Below are positions 50,560 through 60,030 of a stretch of 64,000 bases of DNA, piece after piece. Below the pieces are notes generated by a model. It was not told the DNA's origin and made no database searches. It worked only from the letters and a program-made list of their open reading frames with translations. The stretch comes from Candidatus Omnitrophota bacterium. Its GTDB lineage: Bacteria > Omnitrophota > Gorgyraeia > Pluralincolimonadales > Pluralincolimonadaceae. How positions within the stretch are numbered: the stretch's first letter is position 1; each line of letters begins with the position of its first letter. The stretch is taken from assembly GCA_003141835.1 (NCBI GenBank), contig PLNR01000011.1:14049-78048 (forward strand), read 5' to 3'. Both the position numbers and the translations under genes were made by a program.

Positions 50560-51879
50560 CTATTCGTGCTTTCCGTTTTCCATCATAAGCTTTATCAGGT
50601 CGTGCAGTGATATTACGCCCTGCACGACATTGTTCTCGTCCTGTATTACCAGGAACTCGGCGTGCGCCGCCTTCATCTTCTCCAGCGCGTCTTTAAGCGG
50701 TACGCCCGATTTCACGGCTAAAGCGGACCTCTTAAGAAAACTGTTCACCGGCATCTCAAGCCCCTTCATGACCGTGTCTGATGTGACGACGGCCTGGAGG
50801 TTCTTGAGCGAATTGACCCTGTTGCGTATATAAGTATAAAATTCAGTCGACAGAGTCCTGTTAAAACTGATGAACATCGGGAAATACGGCTTCTTATCTA
50901 TGAAATTCAGGTGGCTCTGGAGCGCGCACTGCCCGATCTGCTTGTCTATCGAAAGGAAATACCTCAAAGAGCTGTCCGGCATTATGTCATCAAGTTCTTC
51001 CGGAACCGCGGCCATGTAAGTTATCTCGAGGACTTCATCCATCGAGACGTTCAGGCCCGGCCAATTCTTCGAAATGTAATAGCCCAGGTCGTCGTCCTGG
51101 TCCTTATACAGGTGGACGTATTTTTCCAGAGTATCGATCGCGTCGGCCAGGAATATCCCGAGCGCCGTGCTCTTGTTATATACCATTCCCGCGGCAACGA
51201 GGGCCCCGTCATCCGACTGGCCCGGCCCGATCTTATGCCGTATATAAAGGTATCTTATCTTGTCAGGCGCGATCTTCTTGAGGTCGGCTTCGGCGATGAT
51301 AAGGCCCGCTCTTTTGAATGCTTCTATGGAGCCCGCATGTTCGCGGTGGGCAAGCAATTCACCGTCGAAGTTCATCTTGTCCATCACGTCTATATTTACC
51401 GGATAGCATTTGCCGTAGCCGATCGTGATCCCGTATTTTTCTTCCGCAGCGGCGCGCGGGCCCGGGTCATCCCTCAGGCCGCCGATATATATGCCCCTGA
51501 GGACGTCCTGGGCGTTCACTTCGATATCCTTGAGGTCAGGCACGCCGATGAACGGTTCACCCCTGTCATTGACAAGGCGCGTCCTCGGTTTCCCCTTGAT
51601 CGTATCCTCAACGAACCCGGAGATGTCGTCTATGAGCATCTGGCGCCTGGTCTTTACTTTGTTCGGGTCGAACTTGATCGCGCGGACGATATCGTCGATG
51701 GTCGTGTTGACGTAGAAGCTCTTCTGGAAAGCTCCCGCGCCGTTGTGGGACCTTCCTTCGAGCGACTGGATGAAAAGCAGTTCCGCTATCTCATCGGTAG
51801 TGTTTAACTCTTCAGTCTCTTTGAGATGTTGGAAATCACGTCGTATTAATTCGCTGGGCGCAACTTTATTATTTATCAT
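50560..51879 (-). CDS. Uncharacterised protein with a C-terminal CBS domain
   Basis: Long ORF with its own promoter; the last ~60 aa (V..G..L.DAL.KM....LVI.D....V.GVIS..DL) fit CBS; the N-terminal ~370 aa were not recognised. Confidence 0.75.
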   Translation of the reverse strand: MINNKVAPSELIRRDFQHLKETEELNTTDEIAELLFIQSLEGRSHNGAGAFQKSFYVNTTIDDIVRAIKFDPNKVKTRRQMLIDDISGFVEDTIKGKPRTRLVNDRGEPFIGVPDLKDIEVNAQDVLRGIYIGGLRDDPGPRAAAEEKYGITIGYGKCYPVNIDVMDKMNFDGELLAHREHAGSIEAFKRAGLIIAEADLKKIAPDKIRYLYIRHKIGPGQSDDGALVAAGMVYNKSTALGIFLADAIDTLEKYVHLYKDQDDDLGYYISKNWPGLNVSMDEVLEITYMAAVPEELDDIMPDSSLRYFLSIDKQIGQCALQSHLNFIDKKPYFPMFISFNRTLSTEFYTYIRNRVNSLKNLQAVVTSDTVMKGLEMPVNSFLKRSALAVKSGVPLKDALEKMKAAHAEFLVIQDENNVVQGVISLHDLIKLMMENGKHE

Positions 51880-51905
51880 ATAATTTTTGGGAAATACAAG
51901 AGATT

Positions 51906-51933
51906 ATTATATCATATGAGGGCGGGAATTCAA
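51906..51933 (-). promoter_or_regulatory. Putative sigma70 promoter for the CBS-galT-galT-gap-pgk-tpiA run
   Basis: Minus strand TTGAAT-16 nt-TATAAT with extended -10 TG. Confidence 0.65.
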
Positions 51934-51934
51934 G

Positions 51935-52870
51935 TCAATTAACGAAACTGCTACCGACTGAGACTTTGTTTCCCAGTACGTAATCCTTGGCCTTCATGCG
52001 CTTGCCACCTTCGGGCTGTAGCTCTTTTATCCTGAGGAAGCCGCTGCCGCATGCTACGGTAATGCCGCCGCTGTCGAGCGCAGCTATCTGCCCGGGCGCA
52101 ATGCCCTTCTGCGCCGGGAGGTCTGCCGGCTCTGCGGCCCATATCTTTATTGTCCGGCCGTTAAGGCGGGAGAACGCGCCTGGCCAACCGTAAAATGCCC
52201 TGACCTTGTCGCGGACTTCGGCTGCCGGCTTGTTCCAATCTATCCTTCCGTCCTCTTTCTTGAGTTTGGGGGTGAATGTAGCGCCGGATTCGTCCTGTTT
52301 CGTGAATTGCGCTTTCCCCTCGGCTATCGAATCCACGGCATTGACAAGCAGGTTGGCGCCGAGGTTCGAAAGTTTTTCAGAGAGCGTTTCGGCGTTATCC
52401 GAATCAAGGATATCGGCATCCTTTTGCATTATTATATCGCCGGCATCCATCTTCCCTGCCAGCTTAAAAACCGTGACGCCGGTCTTCACTTCACCGTTCA
52501 ATAGCGCCCGGTTTATCGGAGAGGCGCCCCTGTATTGCGGGAGCAGAGACGCGTGCAGCCCTATCGGATAAAGTCCCGGCAAAGCGAGTATATCCACCGA
52601 GAGTATCTTCCCGTACGAGACCACTACGAAGAGGTCGGCCTTATATTTTTTGAGTTCGGCCAGGGCTTGGGCGGCAGAAATATCATCTATCGAAGTGACG
52701 GGTAGCCCCAGGGAATCCGCCTTTATCTTTACCGGGGATGGCGCAGTCTTGAGGTTCCTGCCCTTCGGCTTATCCGTCTTTGTCACTACCGCCGCGATGT
52801 CGTGGAATTTGCTTAATTTAACGAGGCTTGGAACCGCGAATGCGGACGTCCCGAAAAAGACTATCGTCAT
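51935..52870 (-). CDS. fmt: Methionyl-tRNA formyltransferase
   Basis: Start MTIVFFGT at 52870; DKPKGR, YGKIL, HASLLP.YRGASPI, MDAGD. Confidence 0.96.
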   Translation of the reverse strand: MTIVFFGTSAFAVPSLVKLSKFHDIAAVVTKTDKPKGRNLKTAPSPVKIKADSLGLPVTSIDDISAAQALAELKKYKADLFVVVSYGKILSVDILALPGLYPIGLHASLLPQYRGASPINRALLNGEVKTGVTVFKLAGKMDAGDIIMQKDADILDSDNAETLSEKLSNLGANLLVNAVDSIAEGKAQFTKQDESGATFTPKLKKEDGRIDWNKPAAEVRDKVRAFYGWPGAFSRLNGRTIKIWAAEPADLPAQKGIAPGQIAALDSGGITVACGSGFLRIKELQPEGGKRMKAKDYVLGNKVSVGSSFVN

Positions 52871-53361
52871 TTGAGCTCTTTTTTGAGTTTGCGCTTCGCC
52901 ATGAAGCGCTTGACAGGGCTGAGCCTGTCGATGAAGAGGATCCCGTCGAGATGGTCTATCTCGTGCTGGCATATCCTGGCCAGGAGGCTCCTGGCCTCAA
53001 AACAGACAGGTCTTCCTTTTATATCAAGCCCTTCTACCACTATACAGGTGCTGCGGCGCACCAGGCCGTTAATCCCGGGCAAGCTCAGGCAGCCCTCCTC
53101 TTTCTTCTCGCTCCCGCGCTTTTTAACTATGACCGGGTTTATCAGGGCATCTGCCCGCCACCCGTCGCAAGACGGGTTGAAGACGATTATCCTTTTGGAG
53201 ACCCCCACCTGCGTGGCCGCGAGCCCCACGCCTTCGGAGAGCTTCATCGTCTCGATCATGTCCCCGATAAGGCCCCTCTCGCGCTCGGTCACGGATTTGA
53301 CCGGCAGGGCTTTCTTCTTGAGCACAGGATCGGGATATTTGCGTACCTTTAAGATAGACAT
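52867..53361 (-). CDS. def: Peptide deformylase
   Basis: GVGLAATQVG, EGCLS, QHEIDHL.G. Confidence 0.97.
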   Translation of the reverse strand: MSILKVRKYPDPVLKKKALPVKSVTERERGLIGDMIETMKLSEGVGLAATQVGVSKRIIVFNPSCDGWRADALINPVIVKKRGSEKKEEGCLSLPGINGLVRRSTCIVVEGLDIKGRPVCFEARSLLARICQHEIDHLDGILFIDRLSPVKRFMAKRKLKKELK

Positions 53362-53409
53362 GCCATTATTCTACTATAAACCCGCGGAAAAACCAAATCC
53401 AAAAAAAAG

Positions 53410-53438
53410 TTGACCTCTCAGGCCCGATGGTCTATAAT
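53410..53438 (+). promoter_or_regulatory. Sigma70 promoter for the plus-strand TPR gene
   Basis: TTGACC-17 nt-TATAAT with an A-tract upstream; AAGGAG SD before ATG 53460. Confidence 0.8.
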
Positions 53439-53459
53439 CAGACAAAAGGAGCACTAACC

Positions 53460-54062
53460 ATGGACGAAACCGGTTTAGCCAATCTCCCGAAGCAGGTAAG
53501 CGATTATTATGAAAAAGGCCTCGAGGCCGTCAAGAGAGAGAATTTCGGATATGCCATTGAACTCTTCAGCGCCGCGCTCGCCTTAAAACAGGATTTCGCG
53601 GAAGCGCGTTTCTACCTCTGGCTCTCCCTCTGGGAGCAACGGAGGCATCATCCTAATATATTTAAATTGATCACCGGAAAAATATTAGGATTTATCAGCA
53701 TGATGGGCGGGATGTCGCTCCAAAAAGCGGGCAAGACGTGGGAGGCGATATACCAGTTCGAGAAGGCTATGAAGGCGGACCCGGGAAACACCGCGGTCCT
53801 GAACGCCATCGCCGATTGTTTCCTGAGCGAAGGACAGACCTTGAACGCCATAAAGATACTGGAAGCCGTGCCGATGGTGAACAACAACGATTATAAAACG
53901 CTGAAAAAACTGGCGGGGCTTTACAGGGGAATGGAGAATTACGAGAAGGCGCGCGCTTTCTATAAGGCGGCGCTGCAGGCCAATCCAAACGATGCGGACT
54001 CCGAACATGGCATAAAAGAACTCGACGCCATAAAAACCCTCAGAGGTTCGTTCGACCAGTAA
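53460..54062 (+). CDS. Cytoplasmic tetratricopeptide repeat protein
   Basis: SD and promoter present; TPR units such as YAIELF..AL, FEKAMKADP.N, YKAALQANPND. Confidence 0.82.
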   Translation: MDETGLANLPKQVSDYYEKGLEAVKRENFGYAIELFSAALALKQDFAEARFYLWLSLWEQRRHHPNIFKLITGKILGFISMMGGMSLQKAGKTWEAIYQFEKAMKADPGNTAVLNAIADCFLSEGQTLNAIKILEAVPMVNNNDYKTLKKLAGLYRGMENYEKARAFYKAALQANPNDADSEHGIKELDAIKTLRGSFDQ

Positions 54063-54065
54063 AGA

Positions 54066-56114
54066 TCACAATCCCATCGGGTCGACATCAACCGTGATGA
54101 TCAGGCCCGACTTCCCTTTCAGGTTATCCAGGGCTTTATCAATAAATCCGCAGATCGCAGCAGGGTCTTCCCCTTTAAGGAGCAGGTTCCACCTGAATTG
54201 CCCCTTTATCTTCGATATGAATTCCGGCGCCGGCCCTACCATCTCGACCGGCTGTTCCTTAGCTTCGCTAAGGACTTGCGCCGCAATAAAAAGATTGAGG
54301 ACGGCAGCGAGGTCCTTCGCGGCCTTTATCACGCGCTCTTCTTTCCTGCCCCTCAGTTTTATCTCGACAATATGCGTGAACGGGGGATAGTTCAGCTCCT
54401 TGCGGAATTTTATCTCCTCGTTGAAAAACCCGACATAATCGTGCTCAATGCTCTTTTGTATCGCGTAATGGTTGGGAGAAAATGTCTGGACGATAACCCT
54501 TCCCGGTTCCGAGCCGCGGCCTGCGCGGCCCGCGACCTGCGTAAGGAGGTTGAAAGTCCTCTCTCCCGCCCTGAAATCCGGCAGGTTGAGCGCAGTATCG
54601 GCCGAGACGACGCCGACGAGGGTCACCCTGGGGAAGTCGTGGCCCTTGGCTATCATTTGGGTCCCGATAAGGATATCTATTTTATGCTTCTTGAATTCGG
54701 TAAGTATCTGGCGGTGGGAACCCCTCTTGGATGTCGCGTCGGTATCCATCCTGGCTATGTTCGCGGCGGGAAATAGCCTTGCCACCTCGCTTTCGATCTT
54801 CTGCGTGCCGATGCCAAAATACCTGATATCCCCGCCCTTACATTTGGGGCACTTTTGAGGGGGGTCGACCTGGTAATTGCAGTAATGGCAGTTCAGTTTT
54901 TTTGTGTCGAAATGGTACGTCATCGAGACGTTGCAGTATTTGCAGGTGACCACGTAACCGCATTTCTTGCAGTTAATGAAGGTCGAAAACCCGCGCCTGT
55001 TCAGGAAGAGCATCGCCTGGCCGTGCCTGTTCAGGACCTGCGAGATCGCGTGTTCGAGGGCGCGGGAGAATATCTTCGCTTCCCTCGAGTCGATAAGCTC
55101 CTGGCGCATATCTATAATGTCTACCTTCGGCAGGGCCCTCTTCTCTATCCGCTCGGTGATCTTCAGTAATTTATATTCGCCTGACACTCCCTTCTGGAAA
55201 CTTTCTATCGACGGGGTTGCGCTGCCGAGGATGACCGCGGCGCCCGAGATCCTTGCGCGCTCTATCGCGACGTCCCTGGCGTTATACCTCGGCGCGTCAT
55301 CCTGTTTATAGGAGGTCTCATGTTCCTCATCTATGACTATCAGCCCGAGATTTTTTACAGGCGCGAATATGGCAGAACGCGCTCCCACAGCGATGTTCGC
55401 GGCCCCTTCCTTGAGCTTCTTCCATTCCAGGAACCTTTCGCTCTCAAGGAGCCTGCTGTGCAGCACCGCCACGACACCTCCGAACCTCGACTTGAAACGC
55501 TCGATCGCCTGCGGCGTAAGCGAGATCTCAGGCACAAGCACTATCGCGGACTTCCCCATCTTGAGCGCCGATTCTATCGATTGCATATAGACCTCGGTCT
55601 TTCCGCTTCCCGTGATCCCGTGCAGCAGGTAGACGTCGTTCTTGCCTTTAGATATCGATTCCCTGATGGACTTTAACGCGGCGTCCTGCTCGTGGGTGGG
55701 CTTAAAATTCTCGGTGGGCTCGTATTCCTCTTCGATCGAAGGATGGCGGGGTTTTGTCTTTATCTTCCCTTTCTTCAGCGGGCCGGGAAGCGCGGCCTCG
55801 ATCGCCTCTCCCCACGATGAGTGGTAATATCCGGCGATCCACTTCGTAAGCGCCAGGAGCTCGGCGCTGATCACCGGGCCCTCCTCGTCTATTACGGAAA
55901 GGATCTCTTTTATGCCTTCGACCTGCGGTTTGTCGACAAAACCGGTCACATAACCGACGAGCCTCCTCGGGCCGAAAGGTACCCAGACCCGCTTGCCCAT
56001 CTCTATTTTTTCTTTCAGCGAGGCTGGGATCCTGTAGTGGAACGGTTTCCTGACCGGGAGGCCGACCGCTATTTCAGCGAAAGTATCTTTATTATCTTCT
56101 TGAGGTCTATCCAT
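54066..56114 (-). CDS. priA: Primosomal protein N'
   Basis: GITGSGKTEVY, LVPEISLTPQ, IDEEHE, GSATP, LNRRG, CxxC pairs, GTQMIAKG, QVAGRAGR. Confidence 0.97.
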   Translation of the reverse strand: MDRPQEDNKDTFAEIAVGLPVRKPFHYRIPASLKEKIEMGKRVWVPFGPRRLVGYVTGFVDKPQVEGIKEILSVIDEEGPVISAELLALTKWIAGYYHSSWGEAIEAALPGPLKKGKIKTKPRHPSIEEEYEPTENFKPTHEQDAALKSIRESISKGKNDVYLLHGITGSGKTEVYMQSIESALKMGKSAIVLVPEISLTPQAIERFKSRFGGVVAVLHSRLLESERFLEWKKLKEGAANIAVGARSAIFAPVKNLGLIVIDEEHETSYKQDDAPRYNARDVAIERARISGAAVILGSATPSIESFQKGVSGEYKLLKITERIEKRALPKVDIIDMRQELIDSREAKIFSRALEHAISQVLNRHGQAMLFLNRRGFSTFINCKKCGYVVTCKYCNVSMTYHFDTKKLNCHYCNYQVDPPQKCPKCKGGDIRYFGIGTQKIESEVARLFPAANIARMDTDATSKRGSHRQILTEFKKHKIDILIGTQMIAKGHDFPRVTLVGVVSADTALNLPDFRAGERTFNLLTQVAGRAGRGSEPGRVIVQTFSPNHYAIQKSIEHDYVGFFNEEIKFRKELNYPPFTHIVEIKLRGRKEERVIKAAKDLAAVLNLFIAAQVLSEAKEQPVEMVGPAPEFISKIKGQFRWNLLLKGEDPAAICGFIDKALDNLKGKSGLIITVDVDPMGL

Positions 56115-56752
56115 ACTTCTTTCTTTGCGGAGGGGTTCCTTAAAAGGTAGGCGGGATGATAGGTCGGGATAAGCGTGACGCCGTTAAACTCGAACTCTTT
56201 CCCCCTGATCTTGCTTATGAAGACCTCGGTATCCAGCAGCGCCTCAGCGGCGTGTTTTCCGAGCGTACAGATGACCCTTGGCGAGATCACCTCTATCTGC
56301 CTTAGCAGGTAATCCTTGCATGCGGCGATCTCCTCAGGGAGCGGCGCCCTGTTTTCCGGAGGGCGGCATTTTATGACGTTGCAGATATAGACATCCTGCC
56401 TCTTCAGCCCCATCGCCTCTATCATCTTCGTCAGGAGCTGGCCTGCGCGGCCGACAAACGGGACGCCCTGGATATCTTCATCCCCGCCGGGCGCCTCTCC
56501 TACAAATACCAGCCTCGCCCCGGGATCGCCGTCTGAAAATACGTAATTTTTCTTTGTTTTATAAAGCGGGCAGCGGCGGCACGATAAAACCTCTTTTTTT
56601 ATCGGTTCGAGCGATGCGGCTTTATTTGGTCCGGATGCGTTACCCCTGCGACATGCAGACATTATTATATCGGAGGTACCAGCGGCTTTTTCGGCCTCTA
56701 CGTAGGATCTGAGGTCGCGGGCGATGCCGGCAAGTTCTTTCCTATTTGTCAT
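56069..56752 (-). CDS. Uracil-DNA glycosylase family 4
   Basis: C..C.L, VGEAPG..ED..G.PFVG.AG, NV.KCRPP.NR, TYHPAYLLR. Confidence 0.93.
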   Translation of the reverse strand: MTNRKELAGIARDLRSYVEAEKAAGTSDIIMSACRRGNASGPNKAASLEPIKKEVLSCRRCPLYKTKKNYVFSDGDPGARLVFVGEAPGGDEDIQGVPFVGRAGQLLTKMIEAMGLKRQDVYICNVIKCRPPENRAPLPEEIAACKDYLLRQIEVISPRVICTLGKHAAEALLDTEVFISKIRGKEFEFNGVTLIPTYHPAYLLRNPSAKKEVWIDLKKIIKILSLK

Positions 56753-57941
56753 CGCTGATGGTCAGTTCTTTACGAGTGTTGACAGCGCTGCTGGTCAGCT
56801 CTTTACGAGTGTTGACCATTTTCTCGAGCGTCCCAAGCACAAGGAGGACTATATCGCCGGCCGATGAAGGTTTGCCCAATTGCTTTGCTTTCGCCCTCAT
56901 CGCATCGAGGGTCTCTTTCGACCTGTAAAGCCCCTCCAGCTTTTCAAGGGTCTCGCCGACCGTCTTGACGCCGACGCCCACGCCGTTCTTCTCCAGGAAC
57001 ATTAGATTGCTCTCCTCCTGCCCGGGGATATAGGTATTGACTATGACAGGCAGGCCCTTGACCATCGCCTCCGATATGCTCAGGCCGCCGGGTTTCGATA
57101 TCATCACGTCTGATGCGTCCATCAGCTCGTTCACGTTATTGACAAAACCGAAAGGCTTGATGGATATTTTTGATCTTTTAGCGATATCCTCTATTTCCTT
57201 AAGGAGCCCTTCGTTATTGCCGCACACTACGATGAGCTGGAACGGCTCTGATGTCCCCGCTATGGTCTCGACCATCTCCGGTATAGGCCCGACGCCGAGG
57301 CCGCCCCCGATTATAAGGACGGTAAACAGCCCCTCTTTCAGGCCGAGCTTCGCGGCCGCTTCGCCGCGCTCAAGCTTCTTCGTGAATTTCTCCTGGACCG
57401 GTATGCCGAGTACCCTTATCCTGTCGGCTTGTATGCCTTTGCTTATAAGCTCGTTCTTGGTATATTCGGCCGCCGCGACGTATATATCCACCTGGGACGA
57501 TATCCAGAAATCATGCACTCCGTAATCGGTGACGCATGTGATGAGCTTTCCGTCATAAAGTTTCGACATTTTGAGGTTGGATATTATGTCAGTCGCCAGG
57601 AAATGCGTCGCGACGATGCAGTCCGGTCTCTCTTTCCTTATGAAGGAGTATAATTTATGCCCGTTTATGAAATTCATCATGCGCCTAACCGTCCTTATAA
57701 ACGGCCGCAGAGGTTTGAAGTCGGTAAAATAGAACGAGAACGTCCAGAGGAACGGCGCCTTTGAGACCATGAAATTATATCCCCAGATATAGGTGGACCT
57801 GAATAACCGGTTCGCGTACTCCAGGGAATCTATGACCCTGACGTCATGGCCCGTATTTGCCTTATCGAAGGCGTCCTTTATCGCCAGGGCGGCGCTCTTG
57901 TGCCCTGCCCCGGCCTGGGCATGGATGATGAATACTTTCAT
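56742..57941 (-). CDS. MGDG-synthase/UgtP family diacylglycerol glycosyltransferase (GT28)
   Basis: GAGH..AA, ATHF, VTDY..H..W, GIPV, GGGLG.G, KPGGLS.SEA, IPGQEE.N. Confidence 0.85.
   Translation of the reverse strand: MKVFIIHAQAGAGHKSAALAIKDAFDKANTGHDVRVIDSLEYANRLFRSTYIWGYNFMVSKAPFLWTFSFYFTDFKPLRPFIRTVRRMMNFINGHKLYSFIRKERPDCIVATHFLATDIISNLKMSKLYDGKLITCVTDYGVHDFWISSQVDIYVAAAEYTKNELISKGIQADRIRVLGIPVQEKFTKKLERGEAAAKLGLKEGLFTVLIIGGGLGVGPIPEMVETIAGTSEPFQLIVVCGNNEGLLKEIEDIAKRSKISIKPFGFVNNVNELMDASDVMISKPGGLSISEAMVKGLPVIVNTYIPGQEESNLMFLEKNGVGVGVKTVGETLEKLEGLYRSKETLDAMRAKAKQLGKPSSAGDIVLLVLGTLEKMVNTRKELTSSAVNTRKELTISDDK
56759..56816. repeat. Two 25-bp direct repeats (33-bp period) in the 3' end of the GT28 gene
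   Basis: TGGTCAGTTCTTTACGAGTGTTGAC (56759-56783) and TGGTCAGCTCTTTACGAGTGTTGAC (56792-56816); each encodes VNTRKELT. Confidence 0.9.
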
Positions 57942-58516
57942 TTATTTCTCCTGTCTTTCTTTAATATGAATTCCGCGGCCTCCAAAAGGTCCCGTTTGAT
58001 GAAATCCGGCTTCGTGGCCCATCCATTGTTTCTCCTCGACCTCACCTTTCCGGATAATACCAAAAGGGTCCTGCAGCCTATCGCCTTCCCGGCCTGGACA
58101 TCCCTTATGTTGTCGCCGACAAAAAAAGCCTCCTTGAAATCGATCGGGCCCCTCTTCAAGGCTTTCTTGAAAAGACCGGCTTTGGGTTTCCTGCAGCCGC
58201 AATTATCCCCTGTCCGGTGCGGGCAGTAATAGGCCGCGGTTATCTTCCCGCCGGCCTTTTCCGCTTCCTTCATCATGTTCGCCGTTATGCGTTTAAGGTC
58301 CCGCATCGAGAAATATTTTTTTGCGATGCCAGCCTGGTTCGAGATTATATATATCGAATACCCGGCATCGGTAAGTTTCTTTATTGCGCGTTTCGCGCCC
58401 GGCAGGAATTTGAAATCTTTCCACCTTGTCACATATTGGAATTTCAGGTTCTCGGGGTCCTTGTTTATGACCCCGTCCCTGTCGAGGAATATTACCTTAT
58501 TTTGCCTTTTGGCCAT
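57938..58516 (-). CDS. gmhB: D-glycero-D-manno-heptose 1,7-bisphosphate phosphatase
   Basis: FLDRDGVIN, SNQAGI, CPH....C.CRKP..G, VGD...D. Confidence 0.9.
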   Translation of the reverse strand: MAKRQNKVIFLDRDGVINKDPENLKFQYVTRWKDFKFLPGAKRAIKKLTDAGYSIYIISNQAGIAKKYFSMRDLKRITANMMKEAEKAGGKITAAYYCPHRTGDNCGCRKPKAGLFKKALKRGPIDFKEAFFVGDNIRDVQAGKAIGCRTLLVLSGKVRSRRNNGWATKPDFIKRDLLEAAEFILKKDRRNK

Positions 58517-59267
58517 AAGCCAGCTCCCAGTATTTAGCCCATTTCATGAAATGGACATACGAATAAAGCGCTGAAAATATGAAACCTGTCATACCCTCCC
58601 TGAACCCCTGTTTCTTGACGTAAAATTTCCAGAAGACCTTCGCGGGTTTAAGATAAAGGTGATACTTTACTCGCCCTTTAGAGAGGACCCCCATCTCGTT
58701 CAGGAAGTCGCTCGCCTCATAAGTCGTATACCTGTTCTGCCTGGAAATGAACTGCGATAAAGACGTGAAAGGACGGTGCTCGATCTCGGCTTCTATGGTA
58801 CCCTGGAGGCCGTCCAATTTCAGTCGCTCGTGTATAAGTCCTTCGTACCGGCCGGAACCTTTCTTGAAGAAATGCGAGGAGTAATGGTACCACCCGCCGT
58901 ACCTCATGGGATGGCCGAGGAAAAAATTCCTGCGCCTGAACTTGTAGCCGGTATACTGCCCCGGTGAAGCCATCGCCTCTTTCAGGGCTTTCGCGAGGCC
59001 AGGCGTCACGACCTCGTCCGCGTCTAGCTGTAGGACCCAATCACAGGTCGCGTGATCGATCCCCTTATTCCTCTCCCCGGCGAAACCCTTGAATTCGCTG
59101 AGTATTATCTTGTCGGTGTAGCCCTTGCAGATCTCAACTGTCCTGTCGGTCGAGTAACCGTCGACTATGATTATCTCGTCGGCCCATTTCACGCTCTCGA
59201 GGCAATCCTTAACGGAACTCTCGGCGTTCTTAGTTATGATCACGGCGCTAAGCCTTGGATTTGGCAT
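58497..59267 (-). CDS. GT2 glycosyltransferase (WaaE/KdtX-like)
   Basis: CLESV.WADEII.VD..S.D.T, WVL.LDADE, HE motif. Confidence 0.85.
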   Translation of the reverse strand: MPNPRLSAVIITKNAESSVKDCLESVKWADEIIIVDGYSTDRTVEICKGYTDKIILSEFKGFAGERNKGIDHATCDWVLQLDADEVVTPGLAKALKEAMASPGQYTGYKFRRRNFFLGHPMRYGGWYHYSSHFFKKGSGRYEGLIHERLKLDGLQGTIEAEIEHRPFTSLSQFISRQNRYTTYEASDFLNEMGVLSKGRVKYHLYLKPAKVFWKFYVKKQGFREGMTGFIFSALYSYVHFMKWAKYWELAYGQKAK

Positions 59268-60027
59268 TCAGCTCCCTGTATTTCGCGTAACTTAAGAACT
59301 GGTAAAAACCTCCGTTTACCGCCACCATCAGGCCGATGACGCCGTCGCGGTACCCTTTATTTCCGACATAACCTCTCAAGAACCTGTCGAAGGTACGCCA
59401 CAAAGCGATATGCAGCGGCATCTTCTTCCCGGTCGAAAACCATTTTTCCGCTTCTTTCGAGGTCTGGCCGTTCATCGAATCGATAAGTTCCGCGAAGTCG
59501 GCATAGGAATAATGGATCAGGTCCCCATTGAGGCGGCCGCACTTGCCGTCGTAGAAAACGCGCGGATGCACGGCTACTTCCTCGTACTTAAACCTGCCCT
59601 TCCTGAAGAACCTGTCCTTATGCGCCGGATACCAACCGCCCCATTTTACCCAGTAATCCCCGATATAATTACGCATCGGCACGGCAAAGACGACATATTC
59701 GCTCAGCTTATTCTCCGCGTCTTCTTTGAGCACGCGGGCTATCTCTTCCTTTAATTCAGGGCTTACTATCTCGTCTGCGTCCAGGCTGAGGACCCACCCA
59801 TTCTTCGCCAGCGAATAGGCATAATTCCTGTGTACGCCTTCTATGTCCATCTTCCTCTCGAAAATCCTCCCTGTGTAGCGGCGGCCGATCTCGACGGTCT
59901 TATCCGCGCTCATATCGTCAACGATAACGATATCGTCGGCCCATGACACGCTATCGAGACAGGCCGCGAGCCTCTTCTCCTCGTTCTTTACTATCACGAC
60001 CACCGAAACGGGTATCTTATGTCCCAT
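59248..60027 (-). CDS. GT2 glycosyltransferase (WaaE/KdtX-like paralogue)
   Basis: KNEE..L..CL.SV.WAD, WVLSLDADE, GGWYP. Confidence 0.85.
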   Translation of the reverse strand: MGHKIPVSVVVIVKNEEKRLAACLDSVSWADDIVIVDDMSADKTVEIGRRYTGRIFERKMDIEGVHRNYAYSLAKNGWVLSLDADEIVSPELKEEIARVLKEDAENKLSEYVVFAVPMRNYIGDYWVKWGGWYPAHKDRFFRKGRFKYEEVAVHPRVFYDGKCGRLNGDLIHYSYADFAELIDSMNGQTSKEAEKWFSTGKKMPLHIALWRTFDRFLRGYVGNKGYRDGVIGLMVAVNGGFYQFLSYAKYRELNAKSKA

Positions 60028-60030
60028 AGC

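Noticed and set aside
56759-56816. Possible mini-CRISPR array
   Set aside because: Only two repeats with an 8-bp spacer, in frame within a CDS, and no cas genes in the window.
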